This document shows positions 23,373 to 37,192 of a DNA stretch of 64,000 nt, piece after piece. Made by a program: the position numbers and the translations under genes. Source of the DNA: Magallana gigas (Eukaryota); contig NC_088857.1 of NCBI RefSeq assembly GCF_963853765.1, positions 41,044,001-41,108,000 on the forward strand, read 5' to 3'. The first letter of the stretch is position 1; each line of letters starts with the position of its first letter. The notes below the pieces were generated by a model that saw only the letters and a list, made by a program, of their open reading frames with translations, was not told the DNA's origin and did not search any database.

Positions 23373-24680
23373 GTGGGCTACATTCTGTTCTTTAAATTTA
23401 TTGACATGTAATGAAGACTGAATGCAAATAGAGAGTGAAAATGGAGAAGTTAGCCATTTTTTTTTATTTTAAATGCCCTGGGAAAGGTTTTATATCTGGC
23501 TCCAGGGAGTGTATACTAAGGTAAAGCTATGGAATTCTGGTGACTGTTTAGGCCTGTGGGCCTATTGTATGATTTCCCAATACTCTATATAGACAAGAAT
23601 CTAATGCAAAAAATTCTTTGAGGATGGGTATTGTGGTAATAGAGTAAAAGAATTGCTGGTACATGATTATGTTCTTGTGACCAACTTCAGCCAATCAGAA
23701 CTGATTTTGAAACAGCAACCTAGTCATCCCCACCTTCATTATTTTGTAGAGTAATTGATTGAATATATTTTTTAAAAATGATTAATATCCCCACCACTAT
23801 ACATGTTCATACCTACCATTAGTATGTTATAATGCATCTATGTGGTGTCTAGCATTATATTGGGCAAATGACCCAAGAATCATTTGTCAAATATCATTGG
23901 AAATGATTTAAAATCTCTATCATCATCAACAATATACATGACTGTATATATTTTTAAGTCTCAAGACAGGAAAGTTTATAAAAGCACCCCCTTGGTTATC
24001 CCTTACTCCACATTTTATTTACATGTATACCAGTAACCATGTATATTTTAGGAATGGCTGAATTCATGGCAAAAAAGCTCTATGACATCACCATTTGTAA
24101 TTATTTTTTTCCAAAAAGCTATTTTGGGACCCCATTGCTGTTTATCAAAACATTTGCCACTCTGAAAAAGAATTGTGTGTTCTAGTTCTCAATTTTTACA
24201 TCAAATGTATAGGCAAAAGAAGCAAAATTGAATCCCACATGTAAATTATTTCCATATTGTATGTACATAAAAAAACCCATTAAACTGAGTGATTCAAGCT
24301 TTATTAGCTATATCAAGAAAAACTGAAGTGCACTCAAAAGCACTCTTGTTTCAATACAAGATCATTCCACATTTGACAACTGTTGATATGACATCCTTAA
24401 CAATGTTCATGATCGAATAATTATACAAATGAATCACATGAAATAATGATTCTGAAAAAAAAATACATCAACACCTGATTAAAATCAGTGAAAAGCTGAT
24501 GTCCTGTGTTACTATCTTTTGGAATGAGACAGAAAAAAGTTGGTACATATACTATTAACACAAGCAAGTCATCTGTATGTTGATAAAAGCATATCTGAAC
24601 GAGTTCCTCTCATGGTAGAATTTCCTATTGCTTCATGATTTCCAGTGGCTAGGTGTTAAAACAAACTCGTGACTGACTGA

Positions 24681-27600
24681 TCAGTGTCCGGCCTTACACA
24701 GGTAATTGATAGGTAACATCCTGATGTGACCGGAGTCGGTCTTGATCACGCCTTCTGTTCCGTCTATACTCAGCAGGGTACCCATCAGTTCTCTCTCCTC
24801 TCCCAATATTACTTTAGCCTAAAAAGGACAAAGAAAACACAATCAATTGGATTCCATTTAGTCTTATTATTTGCCTATTCTCAATAGACGGTATACTCAT
24901 ACCTGTTAACCTTTCAAAGCTGCTATGTGGGAGAATCTCCCCCTTACCAACTTGGCTAAGGGGGAGATTTTGCGTAAACGACGTTTTTTCACGTGAAATG
25001 CAAATATATATTAAAAATACTGTTAGATACCTTATTTTACCATTGTAATTAATGCATTTGCAATCATTTTAAATTTTATTATTTCTATGACTACCAGTGT
25101 GCAATTACAGCTTGTGTTGCTGTACAAGTTCAGAAAACTATTATTTTGTTTGCATGGTACAATACAAGAATTCAAGAGTGCCACTTTTTATATTAAGTCT
25201 TTCTATTGTTCAGTTTTGAACCATCACTGCATGCTGACATCTAGGGTAAACACAGTTCTATTTTCTAAAATTTATTTTGCCTATTTTGAATTTGCAGTGA
25301 AACCCAGTTAAGAAAATACCAGAAAATAATATTCATTAAAATTATTTTTTGCCTTATATATAGGATAGATTTTTAATTCACATGTATTTCTCCAGTATCA
25401 TTTAAAAATGATCTCTGTTGTAATGTCTATAGCATCCCTGTAATTCATAGTACCGGTACTATAAACTTTAAAAACTCTTGTGAAATGCTTTTACACTTTT
25501 TCCTCGAGCTTCACTTTATTGGTAGCTTGTATAAACACTCAGTGTTCCAAACTCACTTTGATTTTTACCGACCGTGCTGGCCAGACAGAATTAGTCACGA
25601 CCCACTGCACGTGACTTGGGTGCTTTACCTGTGCACCTGTTAAGTGACACCACTGGCTGTTATTGTTTTCTTTGGTGTTACAGAGTAAAATCAAGATGTT
25701 TTAAGCTTTCACTTATTTTTTATAAGGCCTATGCATAACTATATAAATACGTAACTGATTTAAGTCAAAACCGGAAGTAAACGTAAAAAGTAATCTGGGC
25801 TATAACATGTCATACTATGATCACGGTAGATAGTACTTGGATGGATTTTGATTTATTCAAGCTACACTGCAGCTTTTTTAGTTCAAAATGAGAGAAAAAC
25901 CCGCAGTGGATGTTGAAATTTGCATGTAAAGATTCAGAATTGGGGGGGGGGGGGGGGGGGGGGGTATGGGGAAGACAAATACGATTGCGGGAGAAATTTG
26001 TCTCCCGCGCGGGAGAAAGGTTGGATGCGGGAGATCTTAGATTTTTAGGCCGTTTTGCGGGAGTCTCCCGCGCATTGCAGGAGGGGTTAACAGGTATGTA
26101 TACTTTCACATGTATATTCAGAACAATGCCTTCAGTACTTACTCTATCTCCCTTCTCCGGGGACACAGGCTCTAGATGTTCACATGCTATGTTCACCACC
26201 TTGTCCTCTTCTGGTATGAATAATGAACACATCCCTCCCTACAACAATTGAGTTGTATTAAATACACCTTTCAAAGCTCAAGATTACCGGTAAATTACAT
26301 GGACTATGTTAATTCCTCTAAATTTATCATTGAACCAAATGAATGTAAAAATAACTCTTTTAAAGCATCTAACAGCAAAACCATAGCATTTGCTTTAAAA
26401 TTAAAGTGGAAGATACATGTATGAACAGTTCACTATGGCCGGATACAATATACAGTCACGTTTATTGGTTATACTCACTGTAACACTGCGTATTATGCCT
26501 GTCTGGTGAATCAGCTTGTGGTCATCGTGTGTTTCTTTGATTTTGACCTCGATTTCTGTGGTATGCCAATCAGCCATACTTTGGTCCATCCCTGTCCCTG
26601 GGGTGAACGGTGCCCCACCAGGAGTCATTGGACTGTAACCAAGGGGTGAGGGGGTGGTGTTTGAGGGAGAGGGCTGATATCCAAGGGGGCTGGGTGAAGC
26701 ACCCCCAAAACCTGGACTTGGAGCTGTGAATAAACAACACTTTATCATAGATGATTTTCCATTAACACAATTTTGAAGTACATGTAGATACCGCCCGTCG
26801 GTGGCCTTATTGTAAGTCAAGACAATGAATTTCCCTCTTGAAGCAACAAACTTTTAACGAGCTATGGATAAATAAATATACAGGGAAATCAAACCAATAT
26901 CACAATAACATACAAGGAGGCTTTCAAAAAATTAATAATCCTTATCAAAATAGTGCTACATGTACATGTTTAATAACACTGCAGAATAACAAGTTGAAAT
27001 TGGTTGAATAAAGGAATCTACACATCTTTTTTAAAAATTGTTGTCATTTTAATTCAACAACCTTGACACCAACTGGACTTCTGTAAATCACTGATGTATA
27101 AATGTAGGTTACCTGAATAACTTCCTGGTGAAGGAGAAGGCTGTGCATATGGAGAGTAACTGGTGCCTGGAGTCTGTGGTGTGAATGGTCCCATTGGACT
27201 AGGGGTATCGGCTGTGTAGCCCGGTGTGCCTGGATTGGGGGTGGCTCCTCCATAATCTCCAGGGGAAGGGTTATCATCAAAGTGGTAGTCAAAATCATTG
27301 TTCCTATGATCAAAAACATTTTTATGCTTATGAATTACTTTTTAACCTTGTCAAAAGACCTCTAATTCCTCTTTAGACTGTATTAAGATATAAGTTTTCT
27401 TAATGTTTGAGTTTTTCAAATAAATACACCTGTATATTTACAATGCACAGAATCTGCAGGGATCATTTACAGTATCTAGAGCTGTAACAGCAGTCCTTAG
27501 GTACATGGAAGTGTGTGTTACCTGGTAGGTGTGTTGGGATTGGTGGGGTCCCAAGCACTCTGTCCCGGGGTTCTGCTGCCAGGCTCATGGAGTGGTGTCA

Positions 27601-30600
27601 TACTGCCATAATTTGGAGTTCTGCTTCCATCATGTAGTGGCGTCTGTGAACCATACATCGGTGTGCGAGATCCATACATAGGAGTCTGGGAGCCGTGCAT
27701 CGGGGTGCGACCGCCAGGTGTGGCAGCTGATCCAACACTCCTCCCACCACTGAAATCAGACAACAAAGAAAAGTCAGTAAAAACAATAAAACAGTATACC
27801 CCCCCCCCCCCCTCCATTGGAGCGGGGTATTATAAAGTAAGTAAAAAACAGTTGCTATTAGAACAGGAGATAAGTGCACATACACCAGGTTGCTTAGACG
27901 GGCTCTGTCCACGGATATAGTCTTACAGCTAGAGTGAAGCTCAACACGAGCCGTGGAATCTGTGGCATCCTTAACAATTCCAATGTAACCTTAAAAGAGA
28001 AGGCTTGTTAGGTCATTTAATGCATTTATTTCTATGATCAACTTTATTTCTTTATCTAACCCATAAATGAAAAACTTGTGTTAGGTGTTATTGGACAATC
28101 AAAGCAATCTGTAGGGTAATGTAATATAAAACCTTTGAAGGGTCCTTGGATGATTCTGACTGTTGTTCCAATAAGGTCCCTGTCTCTCTTACTGAGTCCT
28201 CCTCCTGCTCCTCTACCCCTCCCTGGAGTAGCACCCCCTCCTCCAGGGGCTCCACCAACTCCCCCACCCCCTGGGTGAGCAGGGCTGGATAATCTGGGAG
28301 ACATGGGAGCAAACCCTGTCACTCCCAGCTGGGCTCTGTTTCCCTACAAAAGCAAATTTTTTAGGATACATTTTCTTCATCTAATTGTTCATATTTTGCT
28401 AATCAAATATACAAAAACACATAATTGTTGTTGGCAAACAGTGCAATTTTCTTACCGATGATCCACCTGCTAACACCACATGCCTGGTCCTACACACAAA
28501 GTAGCCACCATTTTCTGTCATAGTCCTGGACATCAGGAAACAATAACTCCTGTACAGATGTTTGATCTCACCTTGGCGACCCTATTGGCAGGACAAAAAA
28601 CCCAAAAATAATTAAAAATGCTAAAGATTCATAGAAGCAAAATGCACACACTAAACAATATATGTCCATTATTGGTTACAGGTGTAATCAAGGATATAAC
28701 CCCAGTGACCAATTCAGGGTATACAAATTTCAAATATGAAGGTATTTACCGAGTGAGGTCCATCTATGACTTTGATAACATCCTTGACTTGAATGCTGTT
28801 GTTCTCAGAATCTAAAGCTACAGCATATTTTGTGTCTCTCTTCCTTGTCACTGCTGCTGGCTTCAAATTGAGTATCTGTAAACAGAACATAGTTGCAGCA
28901 AAACACATCCAGAAACACATGGCAGAGAGTAATCAGTCAAACCAATCATATATTAGATCAGTGGATTCATCACTGTACCTTGTTGTGCATAGAGAGAATC
29001 TGGAAGTTTTCCTTTTCTAATCTAACAATGACTCCAACTGTCTGTGGACTGAAATAAATATTGATCCAGTTTAGATTCATGTGTTCAATATTATCTAGAA
29101 CATAATAAGCACACATTTACTTTAAAGCTAATTACAGGTAAGGTTGCAAGCATCCCTTGCTATTGTTTAATGAGCATTCTAGAGGTACATGTAACTTAAT
29201 TTTCACATGATTATTTGTGTAAGCAGCTAAAGAACACAGAGCTGACTTACTCAATCTGAACCAGGTCCCCAAACTGATACTGTCCCAGAGAGTCTACACC
29301 AGTAGCCATGTCTGTGCACAACTGTAAATCTTTGGGTAACACTTTCATCTAAAAAAAAAAAAAACCCCATAAAAACAGAATCAATTCCTGTTCCATCCCC
29401 TACATGTACATCTGCTTAAAAATTTTAAAATAATTCAATTTAAACAATTTTGCAATACCTAATCTTCATTTTGTAAAAATCAAACGTTCTCCCAAGTGTG
29501 GCAGTGAAAAAAACTATAATGCAGCATACTGTGGAATCATTGAAGTATGTTGAGACTTTATTTTTTAAGGATTTCATTAGTAATTCTTATCCAGAAATCA
29601 ACATCCCAAACAAAATAATAAAATCCAGTATTTATTTATCATTAATAGAAGCAAATTCCACAAAAATACATCCTAAAAAACTTCCAATCCAGGAAAATTA
29701 GCTCCAACAAAATTAAATGATTCCACAGTGTAAAATAATATATTCCAGAAACATTCAGTAAGAACTGTGTACCTCATGCATTGTGAGATCCGAGAATAGA
29801 ACCACGAGATTCTCCTCCACGCGGACGATCAGTCCAGTGTCCCCCTCATACCTCCCCGCTATCACCTTGACATGGTCACCCATCTTGAAGTGCTTCTTCA
29901 GCTCATGGGACATAAACTCCAGCGGGTCGCGGAGGTCCTCGTGTTTGGGCATCATGGTTATCTTGTTGCCGTCCACACTGATCACCTTACCCTGGAGGTG
30001 GACCAACTCCCCCTCACACACCTCCACCACGTCCCCTGGGATCAGGCTGTGATTTACCTCCCCTTGCTGCCTCTCTGGCACCACTGCAAGAAGCAAAAGG
30101 CTATTTACACATGACAAACACTTCTTTTCAATTTATCTCTTCTGACAGAGAATGCATGTTTCCCATGAATCATGTGTCCACTGTGTTTATTTCCAATTAT
30201 TTTACTATGAACTAACAAATGTAACCTACATTCAACTTCTGCTCCTTCTGGGGTATCCTCAAATTTTTCCAGTTCAGCTAGAGTTGGCTTCACTCCTTCT
30301 GCGATCTGTCAAGAAAACATTTTTTATACAAATTTTATAATTTTCCAAGTTATATTTTTAATAAAAAAAAAACAGGTCATGTCTGTATAAAAATCATTCA
30401 GTACTTACAATTGCTGACATGACAAAACTTTTGAACAGAAATCCTTTCCTTGTGTAACGGTTGTTCTCAAAGAGTAGAAAATCTCCGTCACTTGATACTT
30501 CTCCACCAATGGCCCTGTAAATATGAGATTGTTCTTTTTTCATATTATACAAGTTGATGATATAGGAAAATTTATACATCTTAAAATATCATTTTTAATG

Positions 30601-33600
30601 TACAGTGTAAATAAAATTAATATCTATTTATTATGTATACATAAATCTTACCTGACAGCATCCACATCAAACAGCTTTTGTGGTGGTCTTCTCTTCTTTT
30701 TCCTCTTCTCTACTTCCTATAAGTACATCAACAAAAAATAGCACTGTAATTTAAATATCACCACAACTCACATTCCCATTTTGTGACAACAGCAAATCTA
30801 CAAAGTGTATTGTGTATAAAATGCATGTTATGCAAGTTCAACTTCATCAAATGTATTTTACTCTAGATTTTTTTTTTTACCCGAGCACTTTATTTTAAAC
30901 AGATATTAATTCCGTATGTTTAATTATGAATCTACAGTGCTCAAAATTAATTTATTTACCGTACTTTTTCTTTGTTAAACAACAAACAAAAAGTAAATAA
31001 CTTAAAATACAAATAACACTTCTCAGGTTGCAAACACTCAATTTTACTGCATTTAAATTATTACCACAGTTAAAATTGTCAAATGTTATGTTAAGCTCAT
31101 ATAAATGATGCTTATAATTCTATTTAGCAATGACAATGAAAATGAACTTTATTCTCAATAAACTGTGTTTACAGTGTAGAGAAAATATATACAAAAATTA
31201 CACTGTGAAGAAGGATTAGTACATGTACATTAACCAAGAGAGTAGCACAGGAGAGTTGGAACTACCCTTGAATAGGCATAAATCTAATTATGATTAACGG
31301 TACACTTTTAATGAACTGACACAAACTTCAACTAATTAAACCAATACAATGCAGAGAAAGAGTCAAAAACCCAACTATTTCTGCTGAGTGATACTTACAT
31401 CAACGTGCACTCTCAACACGCCCCTTTTCTTGGTGTAATCAATCCGAGGAATCATCTTCAGGTGGACAATGTTCTGGGCTGGCTCAAAGTAGTCAACCTG
31501 TTTGAAAACAGAATATCACAAACTTCATACATAAGAAATAAACATACAACGTAATGAAAACTGTTCATGTACATGTATGTTATCATTTTCGATTTCTCTC
31601 TGAAGATTCATTTTGTTCTCCTAAACACATGTATTCATAAATATAATGATGAAATGAAAATGCCTTCACAAGTCTTTTTAAAGATTGAAATTATAAGATT
31701 TGCTAATGATTACCTGAGCCAGATCGTCTTTGAAGATACCTCTCTTTAAGCGGACCCACTGTCTTGGTTTTAACTGAGCTGTCTCCTTCACAACTTTTAA
31801 CACATCTGTCATTTCTTTGATGGGTACCATCTACCAAAAATAAATCACACATGATACTAGGGTTCAAGAAACCTATATACATGTAAAAATTGTAAATGCA
31901 TTGGAAGTTACATGTAAACAAAAAAAAAAGGAAACTTTTTAATGAATTGCAATGCACAGTATATCAACCCTCAGAAGTCTATACATACCTGTTGAGCCCA
32001 CTGTCCCATGCGAAGATTTCCAATTCCATCAATGGCTTGTTTGACATGGGTCTGTTTGTAAGCCTCAATGTAAATGTATCCCTTTAAGCTTTCCTTTGAA
32101 ATCACTGCTTTGATTTGTAGTGGCTTTAATGAAAAAGATTACAGAAATGTAAAAATAATCTAATACATAAATCACAACTGTTATCACATGTACATTATTC
32201 ATATTCTCTACCTCATCAGTGAACTGGTAGGCAATAAATTTTCTCATCAGCTGAAGAGCTGTAGCTCTCTCTTCTCCGATTCTACACTTCACTAACCACA
32301 AGTTTGGATCTCTGCAAAAATAACAGGTAAATGAAAGAATAAAGTGATCATCATCACCATCATCATTATCTGCATCATTTCATTTAAGCTGAGTAAAAGG
32401 ATGTTCAAGCTGATTGGATGGAAGACTTACTTTACACCTGGTAGAAGCCCCTGTTGTGTTATTTCATCAGACATTTCCTCTCCCTCACCAAATCTAGCAG
32501 CAACTGAAGTCTGTCCATATTTGTTTCTGTAGTATTCTTCTAGTTCATCCTCTCTTTGGGAACTGAACAGAATCAAAGCAAAGGGCATTTTCAAACATGT
32601 AGATCAAGATTAATCATGCTGTAAATAATACATAATAGTAGATCAAAATGATGCTTATCTTTGAAAATAACTACCTGTGCTTATCACTTTTGATCTTTTC
32701 CATCACTTTCCTCATTGAATTACAATTGTCATTCTATTGATATCAGTTCATAATCTCACCAATTTTCCTTCATTTTCTTCACACCAAATATGAAATTTTT
32801 CATCATTATTGCACATAATCAAACATAGCAGCAATACCTAAACAAATGTCCAAGTCTCCTGTTATTTTCAATTTCCTTGGCAGTGGGGCCCTCGTAAGAG
32901 GAGACCTTGTCAATTAAATCCTCTGCTCCCTCTTCCCATTCTTCTTCATCTTCATCACCCTCCTCATCAACATCTAAGTTCAACAAATAGAAATATTAAC
33001 AGCATGTACTTTTTCCTTATGATATATATGTTTATAAAGTAAACATGCACATTTTAAACATTCTTATATGTTTTCTAGATAACCATACCAGCTTCATCTA
33101 AAATGTATCCAGCATGTCTTGGCTTCTTTTTCTTTCTTCCACTTTCCTCATAATCTTCATCCTCTTCTTCATCATAGTCCTGTATTGTACAGGTGCAATT
33201 TTAACGATTCATTGAATGCCTGTGTTTTAAATTTAACACTTAATCATGTGACAATGTAGTACATGTAATAGATATGTTTAAGAGACAATTCCTAAAAAAG
33301 TGAATGATGAGGAAATAAAATTATAATTCAAAAACAACTATCATTCCATCATGTTTTTCAAAAGATGAACTAGAAATTAACTGTCTCAAAACAAGATGCT
33401 TCAATCTTTGAAATGTTAATACCATAGCTGGCAAAAAACAAAATGTTATTGAAAGTGTAAAATTTGTTCAGTTTATGGTTAAGAGAGACATATCCAATAT
33501 AAAACTGCCCAGTCTATTGTTAAGCGATACATTTTCAGTAAATACATGAACAATGATTAGTCTTGGTTTAATGGTATACCAAGATATCATTCAAACAGAT

Positions 33601-34247
33601 TGTTGGTGCATTAAATTTCCTTTTTCTTAGTGATACTGATACATGTATTAAGGAGGCTTCAGGACAATAATTACATCTTCATCATCAATGATATCGTCCA
33701 CACTGCGTCCCCGCCCTCTTCTCTTGTTGACTGGGGATCCTTCTTCGCTTCCATCATCACTGCCTACATCGCTTCCAACATCACTGCCTGCATTGCTTTT
33801 TCCATCTTCATTCTGCATTTCATATCAATGGGAACATTTTTTTTGATTGATAGCTTTCAATATGTGTGTTAAACATATCTTCACATCATTCACATAAAAG
33901 GAAATATTCTATTTTATGCAGGTATCAGTCAATCAACATTTATTTATACCCATTCTAATACACAATTCATAATGTGTATCTTTAAAAAAATATTTGTTGT
34001 TTAAAAACTAAATAATGATAAAGTTTTTTTTATAGCTTTAAACAGAGAAATAAAAATTATGTTCAAAATATATTTGTCTTTGTTTTGTATATTTAAATCC
34101 ACACAAAAACCTTAGTGTGGATATATACATGTATGATAACTGAAATATGTATTTTATTTTACTTTTCATACTTACATCACTCCCTCCTTCATTTCTTCCA
34201 CTCCCAGCATCAGAGTAAACACTTCCTTCATCTTCACTGTCAGACAT
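24681..34247 (-). CDS. SUPT5H: Transcription elongation factor Spt5 (DSIF large subunit), 24 coding exons, about 1070 aa
   Basis: Exons (transcript order) 34176-34247, 33675-33812, 33089-33179, 32838-32973, 32431-32562, 32212-32311, 31989-32123, 31714-31830, 31399-31497, 30652-30716, 30409-30514, 30230-30305, 29773-30083, 29251-29348, 28979-29048, 28750-28875, 28456-28581, 28133-28343, 27884-27989, 27522-27749, 27113-27303, 26479-26723, 26143-26238, 24681-24818; total 3213 nt. Acidic N-terminus, NGN domain ([16 protein letters not shown]), KOW domains, CTR repeats ([18 protein letters not shown]), PSPxGY repeats and C-terminal KOWs. Confidence 0.97.
24898..26098. mobile_element. 1.2-kb non-autonomous TIR element in the last SUPT5H intron, apparent 6-bp TSD
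   Basis: Perfect 13-bp TIR CATACCTGTTAAC / GTTAACAGGTATG; TATACT at 24892-24897 and 26099-26104; repeated subterminal GCGGGAGA/TCTCCC motifs; no ORF. Confidence 0.85.
27762..27836 (-). mobile_element. Possible minimal Helentron-type remnant (5' hairpin box joined to 3' end)
   Basis: Minus strand TTTATAATACCCCGCTCCAATGGAGGGGG..GTATACTGTTTT...TTTACTGACTTTTCTTTGTT resembles both terminal boxes with the interior deleted. Confidence 0.3.
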
Positions 34248-34810
34248 ATCTGAAGAAGACGATATTTGATTTTGAGAGCTTTCTCCTCAATCTCTCTTTT
34301 TACATAATTAGCGCTGGAGTATTAATCTTCTTTTAATTATTTATACCCTCTCCGTTCCTCAATACAGTCTATCTATAATATGATGTGTTATAATCTAAGT
34401 TAAAGTTACAAGCTTTCTTCAGAAAACCTTCAGAAGTTATAACTACTGTAGGCCTATATAATGCATAACTTGCTTTCTTGTGAGGTTATCAGCACAGAAC
34501 TTTTTACGATCAGGTTGGGTCCTAATCAGTTTTAATCTTTATTGCAAGCCCATTACAAAGGTAAAGTTGTTGATAGTTAATAACATGAAATCGGTAAAAA
34601 TCTTTTTAAAAAATACCTAAAACCATCTGTTAAAGTAGTGTCTATAAGTTGATAATACGTTAGAATATAAAAACAGTACGTACTGCAGTTTCATTTTAAA
34701 TATGAACCATAATACTCTAATCCCCCTTAACATACTATTGTATATTTGATTCTTGCAACAAAACGCATGCCATTAAGTGTATTGAAATTAACAAAAAATT
34801 CAAGCTTTAC

Positions 34811-34885
34811 CTGCTGAAAATTGAAATTTCAGTCAGAATATTTTGCAAGTTCGACAACCACAGCCAATATAGATGGCGCTTCATA
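34811..34885 (-). promoter_or_regulatory. Putative SUPT5H non-coding first exon and TSS region
   Basis: Donor GTAAAG (minus strand) immediately after 34811; YY1-like AGATGGCGCT at 34871-34880; acceptor at 34250 lies just upstream of the ATG. Confidence 0.5.
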
Positions 34886-35099
34886 AAACGCGTTGAAAAG
34901 TTATAGACAATTTGTACGATAAATCTTTCTGCCTTTATTCGTAATAAACGAACTACCTTCTTTTTGCGCAATTTGTGGGGAAAAAAATCATGCAACAGAT
35001 GAAATTGCTGACCGACTACCATCATAACCTCGTCAAATAAAAAAAATCGAATAAAAATATATATTATAAAAAAAATATATATGAAATCAATGCCTGTTA

Positions 35100-35383
35100 C
35101 GGGCACGTAGCATAGTTTTGGAAACGGTGGAGGGGTTGGGGGGGGGGGAGGGTGCAGACTCATCCCAAAGGGGTTATCGCAGGGCGTATTGTACCTTTAT
35201 ATATACGTTCAATTTCCAATTTTACTGTTCATTTCCTTCCTTTCACTTCAATTGTTTGCATGCTCAGCAAAAAGTAGGGGGGGGGGGGCAACTCTGTTAT
35301 AGTGCACTTTTTTTATATACCGGAACATGTAATGTTTAAAATGTTTCATGCGAAAAGGGGGGGGGGGGGCTAGTACGTGCCTA
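35100..35383. mobile_element. G-run MITE, degenerate
   Basis: Imperfect TIR CGGGCACGTA / TACGTGCCTA with three internal poly-G tracts; no TSD retained. Confidence 0.55.
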
Positions 35384-35781
35384 TTTTGCTATCAAAGTGT
35401 ATTAAAGGTATATATTATAATCAAATAGATATCATATCACTTTTTGTGACTTTTATCTTCGAGAATCGATGTAAATAATCAAGTTGTACTAAACATTTAA
35501 CAGAATACAACAGAAAACAGTGGACCCCCTCCCTAATGGATGGACCATCGGTGAACCAAATATATTGAAGAATAATTAGGCCACTTTTCCGAACTTTGAT
35601 CAAATTTTCAAAAATGAGGAAACAAAGCAAATTCTATACCTAATTCTTACGTATACCATCATATGGATGATATGGATTAAAAGTTACTGGCGTCAGTATT
35701 TTTTGTAAAAATGGTCAAGATTTTTAGGTAGGACTTAGGTCTGCCGACCGCCCACCTCCTCTTCCCCCTCTCATATGCTAT

Positions 35782-35860
35782 CATCTTCGCTAGCCAAGGG
35801 TGATGATCCATGGTGTTTCTCTATTCGTGCATGGTCCGTGACCCTTGGCTAGCGGAGATG
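35782..35860. mobile_element. Micro-MITE of the CATCTTCGCTAGCCAAGGG family (79 bp)
   Basis: TIR CATCTTCGCTAGCCAAGGGT / ACCCTTGGCTAGCGGAGATG with an unrelated 39-nt spacer; flanks only partly similar (ATATGC / AAATGC). Confidence 0.8.
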
Positions 35861-36269
35861 AAATGCATGCCTCAAATGTTGCCAGTCATTGGCCTACTGC
35901 ATGTTTATATTTTCGATAAAGTATGACATCGATCATACCATCAGAAATAACCTTTTTCTTTTATTATCATAGTGGAAAAAGCTGTTGGTGAGTGTACATT
36001 TGATAAAACTTGACAAGATGGAAGTAAAAATATAATTCATATTTGTAGATGATCTACATTGACCTTAAAATGCAAATATTTGGGGTCACGAAGTAGTGCA
36101 AGCGATCTCAGTAATATATATTCAAGAAAGCTCAACATTTAAACAATATATATCTAGATTATATTATAGTCTCTTGACATGGACACAAATTCACACCGTA
36201 ACAGAGGTTTGTGACCACTGATGGAACCTTCTTTTTTCGTGTAAACGATGCATCAAAAATAGATATTGG

Positions 36270-36310
36270 AGTCACGTGACTGATATCGTTTTATTACGTC
36301 GCCATTTTGT
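36270..36310. promoter_or_regulatory. Promoter-like patch: GTCACGTGAC E-box palindrome and CGCCATTTTG YY1-like site
   Basis: Motifs seen at 36270-36279 and 36300-36309 between the divergent SUPT5H and ZC3H4 genes; which transcript it serves is unknown. Confidence 0.3.
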
Positions 36311-37140
36311 TAGCAAGGGGAAATGTGTTGTGCTTGTTGAGACTGGACATACGCATTCAATCTGGACGCAGTTGGACAAATTTCCAAAGCAAAATACGAT
36401 CAGTTAATTGTACATCCTGAAAAAGACTTCAGTGAAACACTACCTATCCGGTATCTTTCCCTTATTTCATAAATTTAACTCCTCTCTATCTGTGACTCCC
36501 TAAATCCTTGTACAAAAGGTGCAAGATTGATATATTCCTAACCACAATGAGAAACACGGATAGGCGAAGGATTGATGAAGAGCAACGATTAAATCATCTT
36601 ACCTAGACAAAATTTTGGTCAAATTTTGTCTAGTTTGCAATTTAACAGAAAAGGATAAAAATAATCCGCTGAAGGTATTGTAGTAAAGTATGCATAAATT
36701 ATGCAAATGTGTAAGCCATTTTGAATAGTAATTTATCAGTACGCAGTGGAATCAATGGCATGGCTAGACTTCGAACAAGCCGACTTCTCAAAGTTTATGA
36801 ACAAGGTGTCTTTGCAAATGGAATATAGACACTGAAGGTTTCAAACACCAATTTGTTAAGACAAAGTTCTTATATTCAAAATAATTCTGAACGAATTTAA
36901 CACAGCTTTATTTAAGCGAAGGTAAGCGGGACACGACATATACAAGAGTAAATAACCGTAAAGTCAAATTGTTATGTTCGTAAAATGCATCCTAACGATA
37001 ATTTTCTGAATATAAAATTATCGATATGAATGTTGAGAGTAAAATTAAGTATAATTTTACGGAATCGTGTATGTATGTATTTGCTGAAAGTCGATGATCA
37101 GGGATGTAAATTTGGGATTTTGTTTTCGTTTCGACATATT

Positions 37141-37192
37141 GGGCGTGGTCATCATCCGGATATGCGCGTTTCATCCGCCATAGTTACTCAAG
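37141..37192 (+). promoter_or_regulatory. Putative ZC3H4 promoter and non-coding first exon
   Basis: GC box GGGCGTGGTC (37141), CCGCCAT, and donor AAG|GTAATC at 37192/37193; acceptor at 38633 precedes the ATG exon. Confidence 0.4.

Noticed and set aside
32742-32808. C/D box-like pair on the minus strand in a SUPT5H intron
   Set aside because: Weak terminal stem and no identifiable guide.
36992-37174. Minus-strand ORF starting MKRAYPD, similar to the ZCCHC17 start MKRAYSD (18 of 21 nt)
   Set aside because: Similarity stops after 7 codons, and matches of this strength are expected by chance among all position pairs in 64 kb.
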